Below the pieces are notes generated by a model that was given only the letters and a program-made list of their open reading frames with translations, was not told the DNA's origin and did not search any database. Source: Candidatus Levyibacteriota bacterium (GTDB lineage: Bacteria; Patescibacteriota; Microgenomatia; Levybacterales; UBA12049). Taken from it: DNA of 64,000 nt. Position 1 is the first letter of the stretch. Each line of letters starts with the position of its first letter. The stretch covers positions 140,104 through 204,103 of the forward strand of contig OY970292.1 in the NCBI GenBank assembly GCA_963716145.1, given 5' to 3'. The position numbers were made by a program, and so were the translations under genes. Positions 21,114 through 33,152 of the stretch are shown here, piece by piece.

Positions 21114-21815
21114 TTATTCTACTTTTATTTTTATTTCTTTTTCAGTTTTGTTGCCTGCTTCATCCGTCGCTGTAATCTTCAGGCTATTATCACCATCTTT
21201 TAAGGTGTAGATGTAATAAAAGTCTCCGCTGTCATTAATAATTGTCCAAAAACCATTTATAGTAACTTTTACACCCGGATCTGATTTGCCAGTGATTTTT
21301 ATCGGACTTTCATCTTTATGAAACTTTTGATCATTTTGCGGAAAATTTATTTCCAAAGTAGGTTCTTTGCCGATGTATTTTATATTTAAAGAATTAGAAT
21401 AAGTACTTTTTTTAACAACTGATGGTTCAAGCCTGGCTTTTATTTCATTATTTCCTTTGTTCAGAAAGATATCATAGAAACTAAATTCTCCTTCATCATC
21501 CGTAGTTGCATCATCTAAAATTTTTCCGTTTACGTATAATACAACTAATGTTTTTTTAGAAGTTGAAGATCCAGTAATCGAGACAATGTCCTTATTAGTA
21601 GCGCTCGGTAGGGGATTTAGTACTGGTGGGGCAATATAATCAACGCTTTGGATGTCTACCGTTGATGCGTCATCGCCCTTTAAGTTGTTAAGTACCACGC
21701 CAAAGCCTACCAGTAACTGCGTTCCAAAAATTGCCATAGCTGCAATAATAGCAATTATTATAATTAGTGTTCTGATATTTCGTTTTTTTATATTTTCGTT
21801 AAGCCTCGATTTCAT
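21114..21815 (-). CDS. Membrane-anchored protein with two small Ig-like domains
   Basis: N-terminal TM, then beta-rich repeats ending LNKGNNEI and LKDGDNSLKITATDEAGN. Confidence 0.7.
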   Translation of the reverse strand: MKSRLNENIKKRNIRTLIIIIAIIAAMAIFGTQLLVGFGVVLNNLKGDDASTVDIQSVDYIAPPVLNPLPSATNKDIVSITGSSTSKKTLVVLYVNGKILDDATTDDEGEFSFYDIFLNKGNNEIKARLEPSVVKKSTYSNSLNIKYIGKEPTLEINFPQNDQKFHKDESPIKITGKSDPGVKVTINGFWTIINDSGDFYYIYTLKDGDNSLKITATDEAGNKTEKEIKIKVE

Positions 21816-21845
21816 ATCATTGCCTAAATTGATCTTGCCTAAGTG

Positions 21846-21918
21846 AGCCGATGGTGGGATTTGAACCCACGACTTACTCTTTACGAAAGAGTTACTCTAC
21901 CAACTGAGTTACATCGGC
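21846..21918 (-). tRNA. tRNA-Thr(CGT)
   Basis: Acceptor GCCGATG/CATCGGC, anticodon arm ACTCT-TTCGTAA-AGAGT, GGTTCAAAT T-loop; CCA not encoded. Confidence 0.95.
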
Positions 21919-21921
21919 AAA

Positions 21922-21953
21922 TTGGTCGTCAGTCGTAGGTCTTTAGTCATCAG
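21922..21953. repeat. Degenerate heptamer tract just upstream of tRNA-Thr
   Basis: TTGGTCG TCAGTCG TAGGTCT TTAGTCA TCAG. Confidence 0.6.
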
Positions 21954-21986
21954 ACATATTTTAGATAATTTTTCGCGAGTTGGCAA

Positions 21987-22403
21987 CTAGTTTGATCTGC
22001 GGCGGTGACGTTGAGCTATATGCTGCTGAAGTAGCGAAAGTCTCAATTCAGCTTCAATTCTGATTATTTCATCTGGGCTTAGTTCTGCTTTTTTCTTTGA
22101 TAGCAATTCTTCAGCCCTCTTCTGAGCTGCTGTTGCTTTTTCCATATCAATATCTTTTGCATGCTCAGCATAGTCAGATAGTATGGTCACTATATCTTTT
22201 GTAACCTCTAGAAAGCCACCGGAAATAGCAATTATACTTTCTTTTCCTTTTGCTTTTATAATTATTTCACCAGCTGTAAGTTTTGTAACAATATTAATAT
22301 GATGGGGCAGTACACCCATTTGTCCCTTTTCTGTTGGTGCGAGTACTTCATCTATCTCTTCACTGAGAACTTTGTTTTCTGGGGTAATTATTTCAAGAAA
22401 CAT
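21987..22403 (-). CDS. atpC: ATP synthase epsilon
   Basis: LEIITPE, GQMGVLPHH, SGGFLEV; operon position. Confidence 0.95.
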   Translation of the reverse strand: MFLEIITPENKVLSEEIDEVLAPTEKGQMGVLPHHINIVTKLTAGEIIIKAKGKESIIAISGGFLEVTKDIVTILSDYAEHAKDIDMEKATAAQKRAEELLSKKKAELSPDEIIRIEAELRLSLLQQHIAQRHRRRSN

Positions 22404-22480
22404 ACTTATAACTTATAACTTATAACTTATAACTTATAACTTATAACTTATAACAGTTGTTATCAGTTATTCGTCATGAG
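22404..22480. repeat. Perfect (ACTTATA)x7 with a degenerate inverted arm, filling the atpD-atpC spacer
   Basis: Seven exact units at 22404-22452 abut the atpC ATG; followed by TATCAGT TATTCGT CATGAGT, which resemble the reverse complement TATAAGT. Confidence 0.92.
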
Positions 22481-24749
<2,269 letters not shown>

Positions 24750-24805
24750 ATGTTTTTAATGTTATTATTTCTTTTTAAGAGCTTATTTTAATTCCACCTT
24801 TATTT

Positions 24806-24877
24806 CCGCCCCTGTCTCGCTGCGCTCGCAGGCCACCCCTGTCAAGCAGGCGGTCTCGGCTTCTAGCCTCCGACCCT
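24806..24877. repeat. GC-rich palindromic element between atpA and atpG
   Basis: CCGCC ... CCTG/CAGG ... CCTG/CAGG ... GGCGG nested stems in an AT-rich spacer. Confidence 0.5.
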
Positions 24878-26404
24878 TTACTTCGAAAAGTCCGTCCCTT
24901 TTTTGAAATCTTCAACCATTTTTTTCAAAGCAGAGAGGGTTTCCTCACTAATTTTATCCCCGGTATTTAAAGTGTCAACCAGTTTTTTGGCGTGAGTCTG
25001 TGCATATTCGTGAAGTTCTTTTTCAAAACGCCCAACTTCTTCAACCGGAACATCGTCCAAATAACCGTTTGTTACAGACCAAATACTAGTTATCTCCAAT
25101 GCTTCTGGAAGAGGAGAGTATTGAGGCTGTTTGAGAATTTCAATGCTGCGTTTTCCGCGTTCAAGCTGCTGCATTGTTGCTTGATCAAGTTCTGATCCGA
25201 ATTGAGCAAAAGCCGCAAGTGAATTGTACTGAGCAAGCTCTAGTCTTAGTTTGCCGGCAATTGATTTTATCGCTTTGGTTTGTGCCGCTCCTCCTACACG
25301 GGATACAGAACTTCCCGGGTTGATCGCCGGGCGGACGCCTATGTTGAAAAGATCTGATTGAAGGTATATTTGTCCATCTGTTATTGAGATAACATTGGTC
25401 GGAATATATGCTGAAATATCACTAGCTTGCGTCTCAATGATCGGAAGAGCTGTTATAGACCCGCCGCCGTTTTCTTTGTTGAGTCTGACTGCTCTTTCCA
25501 AAAGTCTACTGTGAAGATAAAAAATATCTCCCGGATAGGCTTCACGCCCTGCCGGCCTTTGAAGAACTAGTGAAATCTGTCTATACGCCCAAGCGTGCTT
25601 TGTCAGGTCATCATAAACAATCAATACATCTTCCCCTTTTTCCATAAAGTATTCACCGATTGCAGATGCCGCATAGGGAGCCAGGTATTGGAGAGATGCC
25701 GGGTCCGCAGCTCCCGCTGAGACTACAATAGTGTAATCAAAAGCGTTTTCCTGCTTTAGTCTGTCAATAACTTGTGAAATTGAACTTTGCTTCTGACCAA
25801 TAGCAACATAAATACAAATTACCTGTTTTTTGCCTTTAGCAGTTTGGCGTTGATTAATGATAGTATCAATCGCAATTGCTGTTTTGCCTAGGCCACGGTC
25901 ACCAATGATCAGCTCCCTCTGTCCCAAGCCGATCGGAATCATCGCGTCAATGGCTTTAATTCCTGTCTTAAGCGGTGTGTCTACCGGCTGGCGGGCTGTC
26001 ACACCCGCTGCAATTCTCTCCAGCGGCATTTTTTTGCCTTTTTTGAGGATAGGTTTTCCATCAAGCGGGTTGCCAATCGGGTCAACAACGCGTCCCAAAA
26101 GAGCCTCGTGGGCGTCAATGCTTAATAGTTCATTGGTTCTTTTAATCGTGTCGCCTTCTTTTATATCTCCTTTTGCATCAAGCAAAATAATTGAGACAAT
26201 ATCCTGTGTCAAGTTAAAAACCACTCCGCGTGAGGATTTACCAACTGTTACCATCTCGCCCATGGTGACTTTTGAAAGTCCAGAGGCCGTTATCACGCCG
26301 TCTGAGTTTCTTATTACTTCACCAACGTGTTCTGTTTTGCTATTTTGAGAAATTTTCCCCAAGCGCTGTTCCAGTTGTTTGATTATATCGTTTGAATCAA
26401 TCAT
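24878..26404 (-). CDS. atpA: ATP synthase alpha
   Basis: GQRELIIGDRGLGKT, GREAYPGD, PTNVISITDGQ, SVSRVG. Confidence 0.99.
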   Translation of the reverse strand: MIDSNDIIKQLEQRLGKISQNSKTEHVGEVIRNSDGVITASGLSKVTMGEMVTVGKSSRGVVFNLTQDIVSIILLDAKGDIKEGDTIKRTNELLSIDAHEALLGRVVDPIGNPLDGKPILKKGKKMPLERIAAGVTARQPVDTPLKTGIKAIDAMIPIGLGQRELIIGDRGLGKTAIAIDTIINQRQTAKGKKQVICIYVAIGQKQSSISQVIDRLKQENAFDYTIVVSAGAADPASLQYLAPYAASAIGEYFMEKGEDVLIVYDDLTKHAWAYRQISLVLQRPAGREAYPGDIFYLHSRLLERAVRLNKENGGGSITALPIIETQASDISAYIPTNVISITDGQIYLQSDLFNIGVRPAINPGSSVSRVGGAAQTKAIKSIAGKLRLELAQYNSLAAFAQFGSELDQATMQQLERGKRSIEILKQPQYSPLPEALEITSIWSVTNGYLDDVPVEEVGRFEKELHEYAQTHAKKLVDTLNTGDKISEETLSALKKMVEDFKKGTDFSK

Positions 26405-26750
26405 AGTTTTCTATATTTTCAACAATCGTATCCAGGCTGTTTCTCAGATTCATCTCAAAAATATCGTCATTGTGAGTTATTCTTGTCCCTACAAGAAGAG
26501 ACGGACTGCTTTGATCAATTATTTTTTTATCGGGAAATATATTTTTTAACTCCTTGATCATATCATTTTGTATTCCAAAAGGGCTTTCAACATAAACATT
26601 TCTAAACTTTTCCGCATTTTTAAGTGACTGTATATATTGTTTTAATTCCGATCTGTCGAGCCTATCCGCTATTTGGCTGACAATTTTATTGTCCAGCAAA
26701 CCATTTTTGTAAGATATTAAAACCAATTGCTTTAGTAATTTTTTATTCAT
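26397..26750 (-). CDS. atpH: ATP synthase delta, short form
   Basis: Lies between atpF and atpA; C-terminal PSLLVGTRI resembles the delta C-domain; only 117 aa. Confidence 0.75.
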   Translation of the reverse strand: MNKKLLKQLVLISYKNGLLDNKIVSQIADRLDRSELKQYIQSLKNAEKFRNVYVESPFGIQNDMIKELKNIFPDKKIIDQSSPSLLVGTRITHNDDIFEMNLRNSLDTIVENIENYD

Positions 26751-26751
26751 A

Positions 26752-27256
26752 TTAATCTGCTTTCTTCAATTTTTTAAGCGCCTGCTTCATAATAACTTCC
26801 TGCTCTTTTTGTCCAAAAAGTCCCGAAATTGATTTTTCCAGAAATGCGACAGCAAGCTTACCGATATTTACTTCAAGTCTTTTCTCGGCAATTCCTGTTT
26901 CATATTTGATTTGATCTCTTGCTTCCAAAAGCATTTGATCAACTTTTTTTCTTGTGTCTTCCTCCGATTTTTTCAGCATTTCATCGCTTTGAGTTTTGGC
27001 TTCGTCAATCAACTTTTTTGCCTTCTCCTGGGCGTCCCGCAATATCTTTTTCTTCTTTTTGAACTGTTTCTTCCAAAAGTCTTGCCGATTCTTCAGCCTG
27101 CTTAAGTCCCTTTGTGATTATATCTCTCCGTTCTTTTAGAAGTTTGAGTACCGGCTTGTACAAAAACTTTTTTAATAGCAAATAGATAATAACAAAATTT
27201 ACTATCTGTGCGACAAAAAGTATAGGCTCAAAACCAAAATTATTTAATATTTCCAT
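26752..27256 (-). CDS. atpF: ATP synthase subunit b, split by a single-base frameshift near 27050 (probable sequencing error)
   Basis: AQIVNF...KPVLKLLKERR N-half and coiled-coil C-half overlap in different frames across the A-rich run GAAGAAAAAGATA. Confidence 0.88.
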
Positions 27257-27269
27257 ATAAATATAGAGT

Positions 27270-27330
27270 CATGAATCAAGAATCATGAAATCCATAATTC
27301 CTAATTCATAGGTTTGAGTTTACTCAAACC
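27270..27330. repeat. Inverted heptamer tracts plus a hairpin between atpE and atpF
   Basis: CATGAAT CAAGAAT CATGAAA, then CATAATT CCTAATT CAT; GGTTTGAG-TTTA-CTCAAACC hairpin at 27311-27330. Confidence 0.65.
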
Positions 27331-27354
27331 CTCATGAATAATCAATGCCAGTAC

Positions 27355-27561
27355 TTATTTTGTAAACGCAAGAATTAGTGAGTAAATAGCAATAGCCTCA
27401 GCAAAAGCCAATGATAAAAGCATTGGTGGAAGAATTTTTCCGGCTGCATCAGGATTGCGTCCTATTGCCTCCATTGCTTTTCCTCCGATCCAAAGGATCG
27501 CAAGCGCTGGGAATATACCTCCAAAAACGATAATTGCTCCTCCAGTTAATGTAAATGTCAT
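27355..27561 (-). CDS. atpE: ATP synthase subunit c
   Basis: Two TM helices, GRNP loop, AFAEAIAIY with the carrier Glu. Confidence 0.95.
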   Translation of the reverse strand: MTFTLTGGAIIVFGGIFPALAILWIGGKAMEAIGRNPDAAGKILPPMLLSLAFAEAIAIYSLILAFTK

Positions 27562-28430
27562 GTATGACTCACCTCCTCATGTGCCCCGCTATGATGTGGC
27601 GTTGTTAGCACGCTCATAAAAACGAGTGTCAAAACGGAAAAAACAAGAGCTTGAACAATGCTCACAATTGATTCAAGAAGAAGAAACGGGAGAGGGGCAA
27701 CGAAAGCAATAAGGTTTGAAATCGTGTGAAGCGCTATTTCCCCGGCAAAAATATTCCCAAAAAGTCTGAAGGAAAGTGAGATTACTTTTGTAACTTCAGC
27801 AACCAGTTCCAAAAGGCCGACATATAAATTTATAGGATTGAATGAAAAATATCGAGTAATATAATCTGTGAATCCGGTAATTTGGATGCTCAACATATGT
27901 GTCGCGATTACAGAAATCAGAGCTAGTGCCAAAGTGACATTTATATCACTTGTCGCGCCTCTGAGAAGCGGAACGAAAGGAGCTTCGTGATTTTCTGCTT
28001 TTTGTTCGTGAGATGCAGTTTTTTCGGACTTAGTACCAGGCTTTGCGCTCTCATGCACCGGCTCAGATGCGTAGGATTTGCTAAGCACTTGTGAATGCGC
28101 TGCTCCTTCTTGGAAGAATCCGATTGTGCCAACTCCGGGAAGAAGTCCTGTGAAATTTGCAACAAATATAAAAAGAAAAAAAGTCATAATGTATGGAAAA
28201 ATTTTCTCAGTCGCGATTTTACTCGTGGCAATTGATTCAGTGAGCGAATGCATTCCGTCAATCACCGGCTCAATTATTCCCTGTATACCGCTAGGGATTT
28301 TGGTCATATGTTTTGAAACATACAGCGCCATGCCAATCAGCAGGCCGTCAACCACAAGGGTGTGTAAAAAAGTGTTTGTTATTGGTAATGGTCCTAATTG
28401 GGTAATTAGCTCAGGAGCGAAACTCGCCAT
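27558..28430 (-). CDS. atpB: ATP synthase subunit a
   Basis: ANFTGLLPG, TSDINVT, SLSFRLFGNIFAGE, VQALVF. Confidence 0.97.
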   Translation of the reverse strand: MASFAPELITQLGPLPITNTFLHTLVVDGLLIGMALYVSKHMTKIPSGIQGIIEPVIDGMHSLTESIATSKIATEKIFPYIMTFFLFIFVANFTGLLPGVGTIGFFQEGAAHSQVLSKSYASEPVHESAKPGTKSEKTASHEQKAENHEAPFVPLLRGATSDINVTLALALISVIATHMLSIQITGFTDYITRYFSFNPINLYVGLLELVAEVTKVISLSFRLFGNIFAGEIALHTISNLIAFVAPLPFLLLESIVSIVQALVFSVLTLVFMSVLTTPHHSGAHEEVSHT

Positions 28431-28483
28431 AATCTTATTGTTTACATTTTAAATGTAAGCCCAAAATAAGTCAAGGAGAAAAG

Positions 28484-31400
28484 TTAACTAATTTGGGTTT
28501 TGGCGTCGTAGATGCTGTCCGCAATTATGACCGGCCTATCTTCTTTGCTGTCAAGCTTTCCTTCAACCACAATTACATTATCATTAAAAAGCAGGTGTTT
28601 GTATAATTCAAAAACTTTTGGAAATATAACAGTCTCAACAGTTATTCCTTTTTCATCCCCCAATGTAAGAAAGGCCATCTCACTGTTTGATTTTTTGGTA
28701 AAAATTCTTTTGGTGTTTTCGACAATTCCCCCTATCTTCACGCGTTCCCCTTCTTTCTCCTCACCTAGTGAATCAATATCCCTGGAGACAACCAATCTCA
28801 GTCGTGACAAAAGTTCAAGGTGTGGATGAGCGGAGAGATAAAAACCTAAGAATTCTTTTTCAAATTTTAGTTTCTCCTCAGTCGTGAAGTCATCCACCTC
28901 AGAACTCGCAATATTGTCCGCGGCATTTAAGTCTTCCTCAGACTCATCGCCAAAAAGGGATTTTTGTCCATCGCTAGCTTGTTTCTTTATTTTATTTGCT
29001 TTATTAGTATTCTCAGAAAGACCGATCAAAAGCGCAGCTCTTTTCCCAAATTGATCCATGGCGCCTGCTTTAATCAGGCTTTCCATGGTTTTTTTGTTTA
29101 CCGTTGAAAGATTGACCCTAAGACAAAAATCGGCAAAACTTGTAAATGGTTTTTCAGCTCGTGCAGTAAAAATACTCTCAATTGCAGCACCCCCCACATT
29201 TTTAATTGCAGATAAGCCAAAACGGATTTTTGTATTATCTTCGATTGTAAAATCCTGCCCTGATTCGTTTATATCAGGAGGAAGAACAGTTATTCCAAGT
29301 CTTTTGCATTCAAGCACAGCTTGGGCAATTTTTTCATTTTTGATTGGTCCTGTTCCCGATCTTGATTCAGCTGTCATCAGGGCGGTCATGAATTCAACAG
29401 GATAGTTGGCTTTAAGATATGCAGTTCTGAAAGCGATCATCGCATAACATGCTGCATGTGCCTTATTGAATCCATAGCCTGCAAAAGGAGCGATTGTCAC
29501 AAAGAATTCTTCGGCCTTTTTGGCAGTTAAGCCATTGGCGACACAGCCTTTGACAAATAATTCCTGCTGCTTTTTCATCTCTGCCGGAATTTTTTTACCC
29601 ATCGCTTTTCGGAATTTATCTACCTCAAGCCATGAATAACCGGCTAGCGCCATAACGGTGAGCAAAACATCATCCTGGTAAGTTAAAATTCCGTATGACT
29701 GAACCAGAATATCTTTAAGTCGCGGATCCGGATAGGTGATGAGTGAGGGATTGTGTTTGCGTTTGATAAACTCAGGAATAACACTCATAGGACCAGGCCG
29801 ATACAAGGCGACCATAGCCTGTAAATCAAAAATAGATGTGGGCTTCAGTTCTTTAATGTATCTTCTCATTCCGGGAGATTCAAGCTGAAAGATGCCGGTT
29901 GTTTCTCCAAGGGAAAGTAGTTCATAAGTTTTTTTATCGGTAAGATCAACTTTGGTGAGGTCAATTTCTTTATCCTGATTCTGTTTAATGAATTTTATTG
30001 TCTCCTCAATGATAGTTAAATTACGAAGCCCTAAAAAATCCATTTTTAAAAGCCCTACCCCGTCTTCACCAACTGTGTACATATCATATTGAGTGACTAC
30101 TTTATCGCCATTTGTTTCCCGCTGGAGTGGAACATATTCTGTGAGTTCGCGGTCTGCTATCACAACTCCAGCGGCATGAACTGAAGCGTGGCGGGAGACG
30201 CCTTCGAGTTTTTTGGATAGATCTAAGAGTTTTTTCGTTTCCGGCTCACTATCATATGCTCTTTTCAGATCAGGACTTTGCGTTAAGGCGCTATCCAAAG
30301 TCATCGCGTGTCCCTGCCAGCCGGGAGGAATCATTTTGGAAATCCGATCAGGTCCGGCATAAGGCATACCAAGCGCACGTCCGACATCACGGACTGATCC
30401 ACTTGCCTCCATGGTTCCAAAGGTTATAATTTGGGCCACTTTTTCCCTTCCATATTTTTCCGTAACATAGGCAATAACTTCGTCCCGCCTCGTGTCCGCA
30501 AAATCAAGATCAATATCAGGTGCCGATGGTCTATCAGGATTTAAAAAACGTTCAAATGGCAACTTAAAGAAAAAAGGATCTACATCGGTTATTCTCAGAG
30601 CATACGAAACCACAGATCCTGCTGCCGATCCCCGTCCCGGGCCAACCATAATTCCCTTATCCTTCGCCCAATGAACAAAGTCGGATACCACCAAGAAATA
30701 AGTTTCATATTTTTTACCGGTTATAATTGATAATTCATAGTCCACTCGTTCTCTTATTTCAGGAGTTATTTTCTCGTAGCGGGTTTTCAATCCCTCATCA
30801 ACCAGATTTCGTAAATATTCAGCAGTAGTTACATCTTCAGGAACCTCAAAAATAGGCATGATCCATTTTCCAAGTTTTATTTCTAGATTACATCTCTCCG
30901 CAATTTTAACTGAGTTTTCCAAAGCCTCTGGAATATCTTCGAATAACTTTTCCATTTCTTTGGCAGACTTGATATAAAAATCAGGGCTACCAATCATTGA
31001 GAGTTTTCTATTTTGATCATTAATTGTGTTTTGAGTCTGTACGCAAAGCAGGATTTCCTGCGCCTCAGCATCTTCTTTGCGGGTATAGTGATTGTCATTG
31101 GTTGCGACAACGGGAAGCCCCAGTTTTCTTGAAAGCTCAAGAAGTTTCTTATTTACCTTTTCCTGCGGAGGCACATTGAGATGTCTTTGGATTTCAAGAT
31201 AGAAATGATCCTTTCCAAAAATTTCAGAAAGCCTGTTAGCTCTCTCCTCAGCCAACGCGTCTTCATTTTTCATAATTGGTTCAGATACATATCCATTGAC
31301 GCAAGCGCTGAGACATATAATTCCCTCATGATATTTTTGGAGTAAATCAAGATCGGTTCGGGGTTTGTAATAAAAACCTTCAAGGTTTGATACAGTTACA

Positions 31401-31714
31401 ATTTTCATCAAGTTTTTGTATCCGGTATCGTTTTCCGCCAGAAGAATCAAATGATTGTAGTCTTTATCATGCTCGGCCGTTTTGTCGGCAAGCGATCTTT
31501 TGGCAACATATATTTCGCATCCTATGATTGGCTTGATTCCGGCTTCAATACAGGATTTATAGAACTTAATCGTTCCATACATATTTCCATGATCGGTTAT
31601 CGCAATTGATTTCATGTCCTGCTCCTTTGCATAATCAACCATATTTTGGATTTTGGAAAGCCCGTCCAGAAGTGAGTATTCGGTGTGGTTGTGAAGATGA
31701 ACGAAATCTGCCAT
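28484..31714 (-). CDS. dnaE: DNA polymerase III alpha subunit
   Basis: PHP domain HLHNHTEYSLLDG, GPGRGSAAGS, PDIDLD, KMDFLGL, GFNKAH. Confidence 0.98.
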   Translation of the reverse strand: MADFVHLHNHTEYSLLDGLSKIQNMVDYAKEQDMKSIAITDHGNMYGTIKFYKSCIEAGIKPIIGCEIYVAKRSLADKTAEHDKDYNHLILLAENDTGYKNLMKIVTVSNLEGFYYKPRTDLDLLQKYHEGIICLSACVNGYVSEPIMKNEDALAEERANRLSEIFGKDHFYLEIQRHLNVPPQEKVNKKLLELSRKLGLPVVATNDNHYTRKEDAEAQEILLCVQTQNTINDQNRKLSMIGSPDFYIKSAKEMEKLFEDIPEALENSVKIAERCNLEIKLGKWIMPIFEVPEDVTTAEYLRNLVDEGLKTRYEKITPEIRERVDYELSIITGKKYETYFLVVSDFVHWAKDKGIMVGPGRGSAAGSVVSYALRITDVDPFFFKLPFERFLNPDRPSAPDIDLDFADTRRDEVIAYVTEKYGREKVAQIITFGTMEASGSVRDVGRALGMPYAGPDRISKMIPPGWQGHAMTLDSALTQSPDLKRAYDSEPETKKLLDLSKKLEGVSRHASVHAAGVVIADRELTEYVPLQRETNGDKVVTQYDMYTVGEDGVGLLKMDFLGLRNLTIIEETIKFIKQNQDKEIDLTKVDLTDKKTYELLSLGETTGIFQLESPGMRRYIKELKPTSIFDLQAMVALYRPGPMSVIPEFIKRKHNPSLITYPDPRLKDILVQSYGILTYQDDVLLTVMALAGYSWLEVDKFRKAMGKKIPAEMKKQQELFVKGCVANGLTAKKAEEFFVTIAPFAGYGFNKAHAACYAMIAFRTAYLKANYPVEFMTALMTAESRSGTGPIKNEKIAQAVLECKRLGITVLPPDINESGQDFTIEDNTKIRFGLSAIKNVGGAAIESIFTARAEKPFTSFADFCLRVNLSTVNKKTMESLIKAGAMDQFGKRAALLIGLSENTNKANKIKKQASDGQKSLFGDESEEDLNAADNIASSEVDDFTTEEKLKFEKEFLGFYLSAHPHLELLSRLRLVVSRDIDSLGEEKEGERVKIGGIVENTKRIFTKKSNSEMAFLTLGDEKGITVETVIFPKVFELYKHLLFNDNVIVVEGKLDSKEDRPVIIADSIYDAKTQIS

Positions 31715-31730
31715 AAGTTTATTATAGCAA

Positions 31731-31838
31731 AATTTTCAATTTGAAATTTACAATTTTCAATCAAATCACAATGTTTTAATTTCTAAACATTTAGTCATTG
31801 AAAATTCAATGAAAATTGAAAACTGAAAATTAGAAATT
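31731..31838. repeat. 108-bp element with inverted 7-bp-periodic arms (copy A)
   Basis: TTTTCAA-type left arm and ATTGAAA-type right arm; collinear with 43461-43568; supplies the last gatB codons and stop. Confidence 0.85.
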
Positions 31839-33152
31839 CAGAGCTTTTTTTATCTCTTCCTTGATCAGATTAGTATCTACTTTTTTACCCAATTTCTTCA
31901 TGGTTTGTCCAAGAAGAAACATAATTACATTTTCTTTTCCGCTTTTGTATTCTTGTACTGCTTTTCCATTATTCGCAATAACTTCTTTTATAACTTTTTC
32001 TAATTCTCCCTCATCAATGTGTACTGTTTGCTTTGCTGAAACAAGGGATTTGATCAGTGCCGCAGGTAGGATTCTTTCAATATCTATTTTTTTATTGATG
32101 ATTGTATTTGCAATATCTTTAGGAGTAACTTTATGCTCTTTTCCAACTTTTACAGCTTCTTCGAAATAATCGGCAAGTTGCCTTTCTCGAGTTAGGATCT
32201 CGGCATCATACATTGAAAGTAGGTAATTTTTTTGAAATCTAGCTAACAATTCAGCAGGAAGTTCGGTCATGTCATGTTTCAGTTTTAGTATTTGTTCTTT
32301 TGATGTGATGATTGGTGGGATGTCCGGTTCCGGGAAATAACGGTAATCATGGGCATCTTCTTTAACTCTTTGAGAAAAAGTTTTTTGTCTGTTTTCATCC
32401 CAACCCCGGGTTTCCTGTGCGGGATTCTTCCCGGTTTCCAGAATTTCTTCGTGCCGTTTTATTTCATAATTAATTGCTTTTTCAACAAATTTAAATGAAT
32501 TGATGTTTTTGACCTCTACTTTATACGGGGGAAGTTTTTTAGGATCAGTACTCAGTGAGATGTTTGGTTCAAGTCTCATCTCTCCCTTTTCCATATCCGC
32601 GTCGGATACCTCAAGAAAACGGATTATCTGCTGAAGTTTTTGCAAGTACTCTTTGACTTCCAGCGCGTCATTGAAATCCGGCTCGGTAACCATCTCAACA
32701 AGCGGCAGACCCGAGCGGTTAAAATCAATCAAGCTTACTTTTTCACCATCAATCTCCTGGTGATTTAGTTTTCCTGTATCCTCCTCCATGTGTACACGCG
32801 TTATACCTATTCTTTTTCCATTTGCGAGTTCTACGAATCCTTCGTAACCAAAAGGCAAATCGTACTGGCTTATCTGATAACCCTTGGCTAGATCAGGATA
32901 AAAATAATTTTTCCGGTCAAACTTGGAAAATTCATTTATTTTGCAATTCAGGGCAAGTGCTATTTTGATACACCACTCAAGCGCTTTTTTGTTGGGAACA
33001 GGCAATGCACCCGGTAATCCCAGACAAACAGGGCAAGTATGGCTATTGGGTTCTTTACCAAAATAGTCGGCAGAACAACCGCAGAACATCTTCGATTTTG
33101 TTTTAAGTTCGACGTGTACCTCAAGTCCTATGATTGGCGTAAGTTTGCTCAT
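31830..33152 (-). CDS. gatB: Asp/Glu-tRNA amidotransferase subunit B
   Basis: IGLEVHVEL, FDRKNYFYPDL, EVKNINSF, DYRYFPEPD; ATG 33152 overlaps the gatA stop. Confidence 0.97.
   Translation of the reverse strand: MSKLTPIIGLEVHVELKTKSKMFCGCSADYFGKEPNSHTCPVCLGLPGALPVPNKKALEWCIKIALALNCKINEFSKFDRKNYFYPDLAKGYQISQYDLPFGYEGFVELANGKRIGITRVHMEEDTGKLNHQEIDGEKVSLIDFNRSGLPLVEMVTEPDFNDALEVKEYLQKLQQIIRFLEVSDADMEKGEMRLEPNISLSTDPKKLPPYKVEVKNINSFKFVEKAINYEIKRHEEILETGKNPAQETRGWDENRQKTFSQRVKEDAHDYRYFPEPDIPPIITSKEQILKLKHDMTELPAELLARFQKNYLLSMYDAEILTRERQLADYFEEAVKVGKEHKVTPKDIANTIINKKIDIERILPAALIKSLVSAKQTVHIDEGELEKVIKEVIANNGKAVQEYKSGKENVIMFLLGQTMKKLGKKVDTNLIKEEIKKALNF

Noticed and set aside
13004-21918. Glycan cluster as an island integrated at tRNA-Thr
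   Set aside because: No integrase and no duplicated tRNA 3' end seen at the far boundary.
22404-22454. Tandem array as a CRISPR
   Set aside because: 7-bp units with no spacers and no cas genes.
27005-27060. Programmed ribosomal frameshift in atpF
   Set aside because: No canonical slippery heptamer with a downstream structure; several similar indels elsewhere point to sequencing error.
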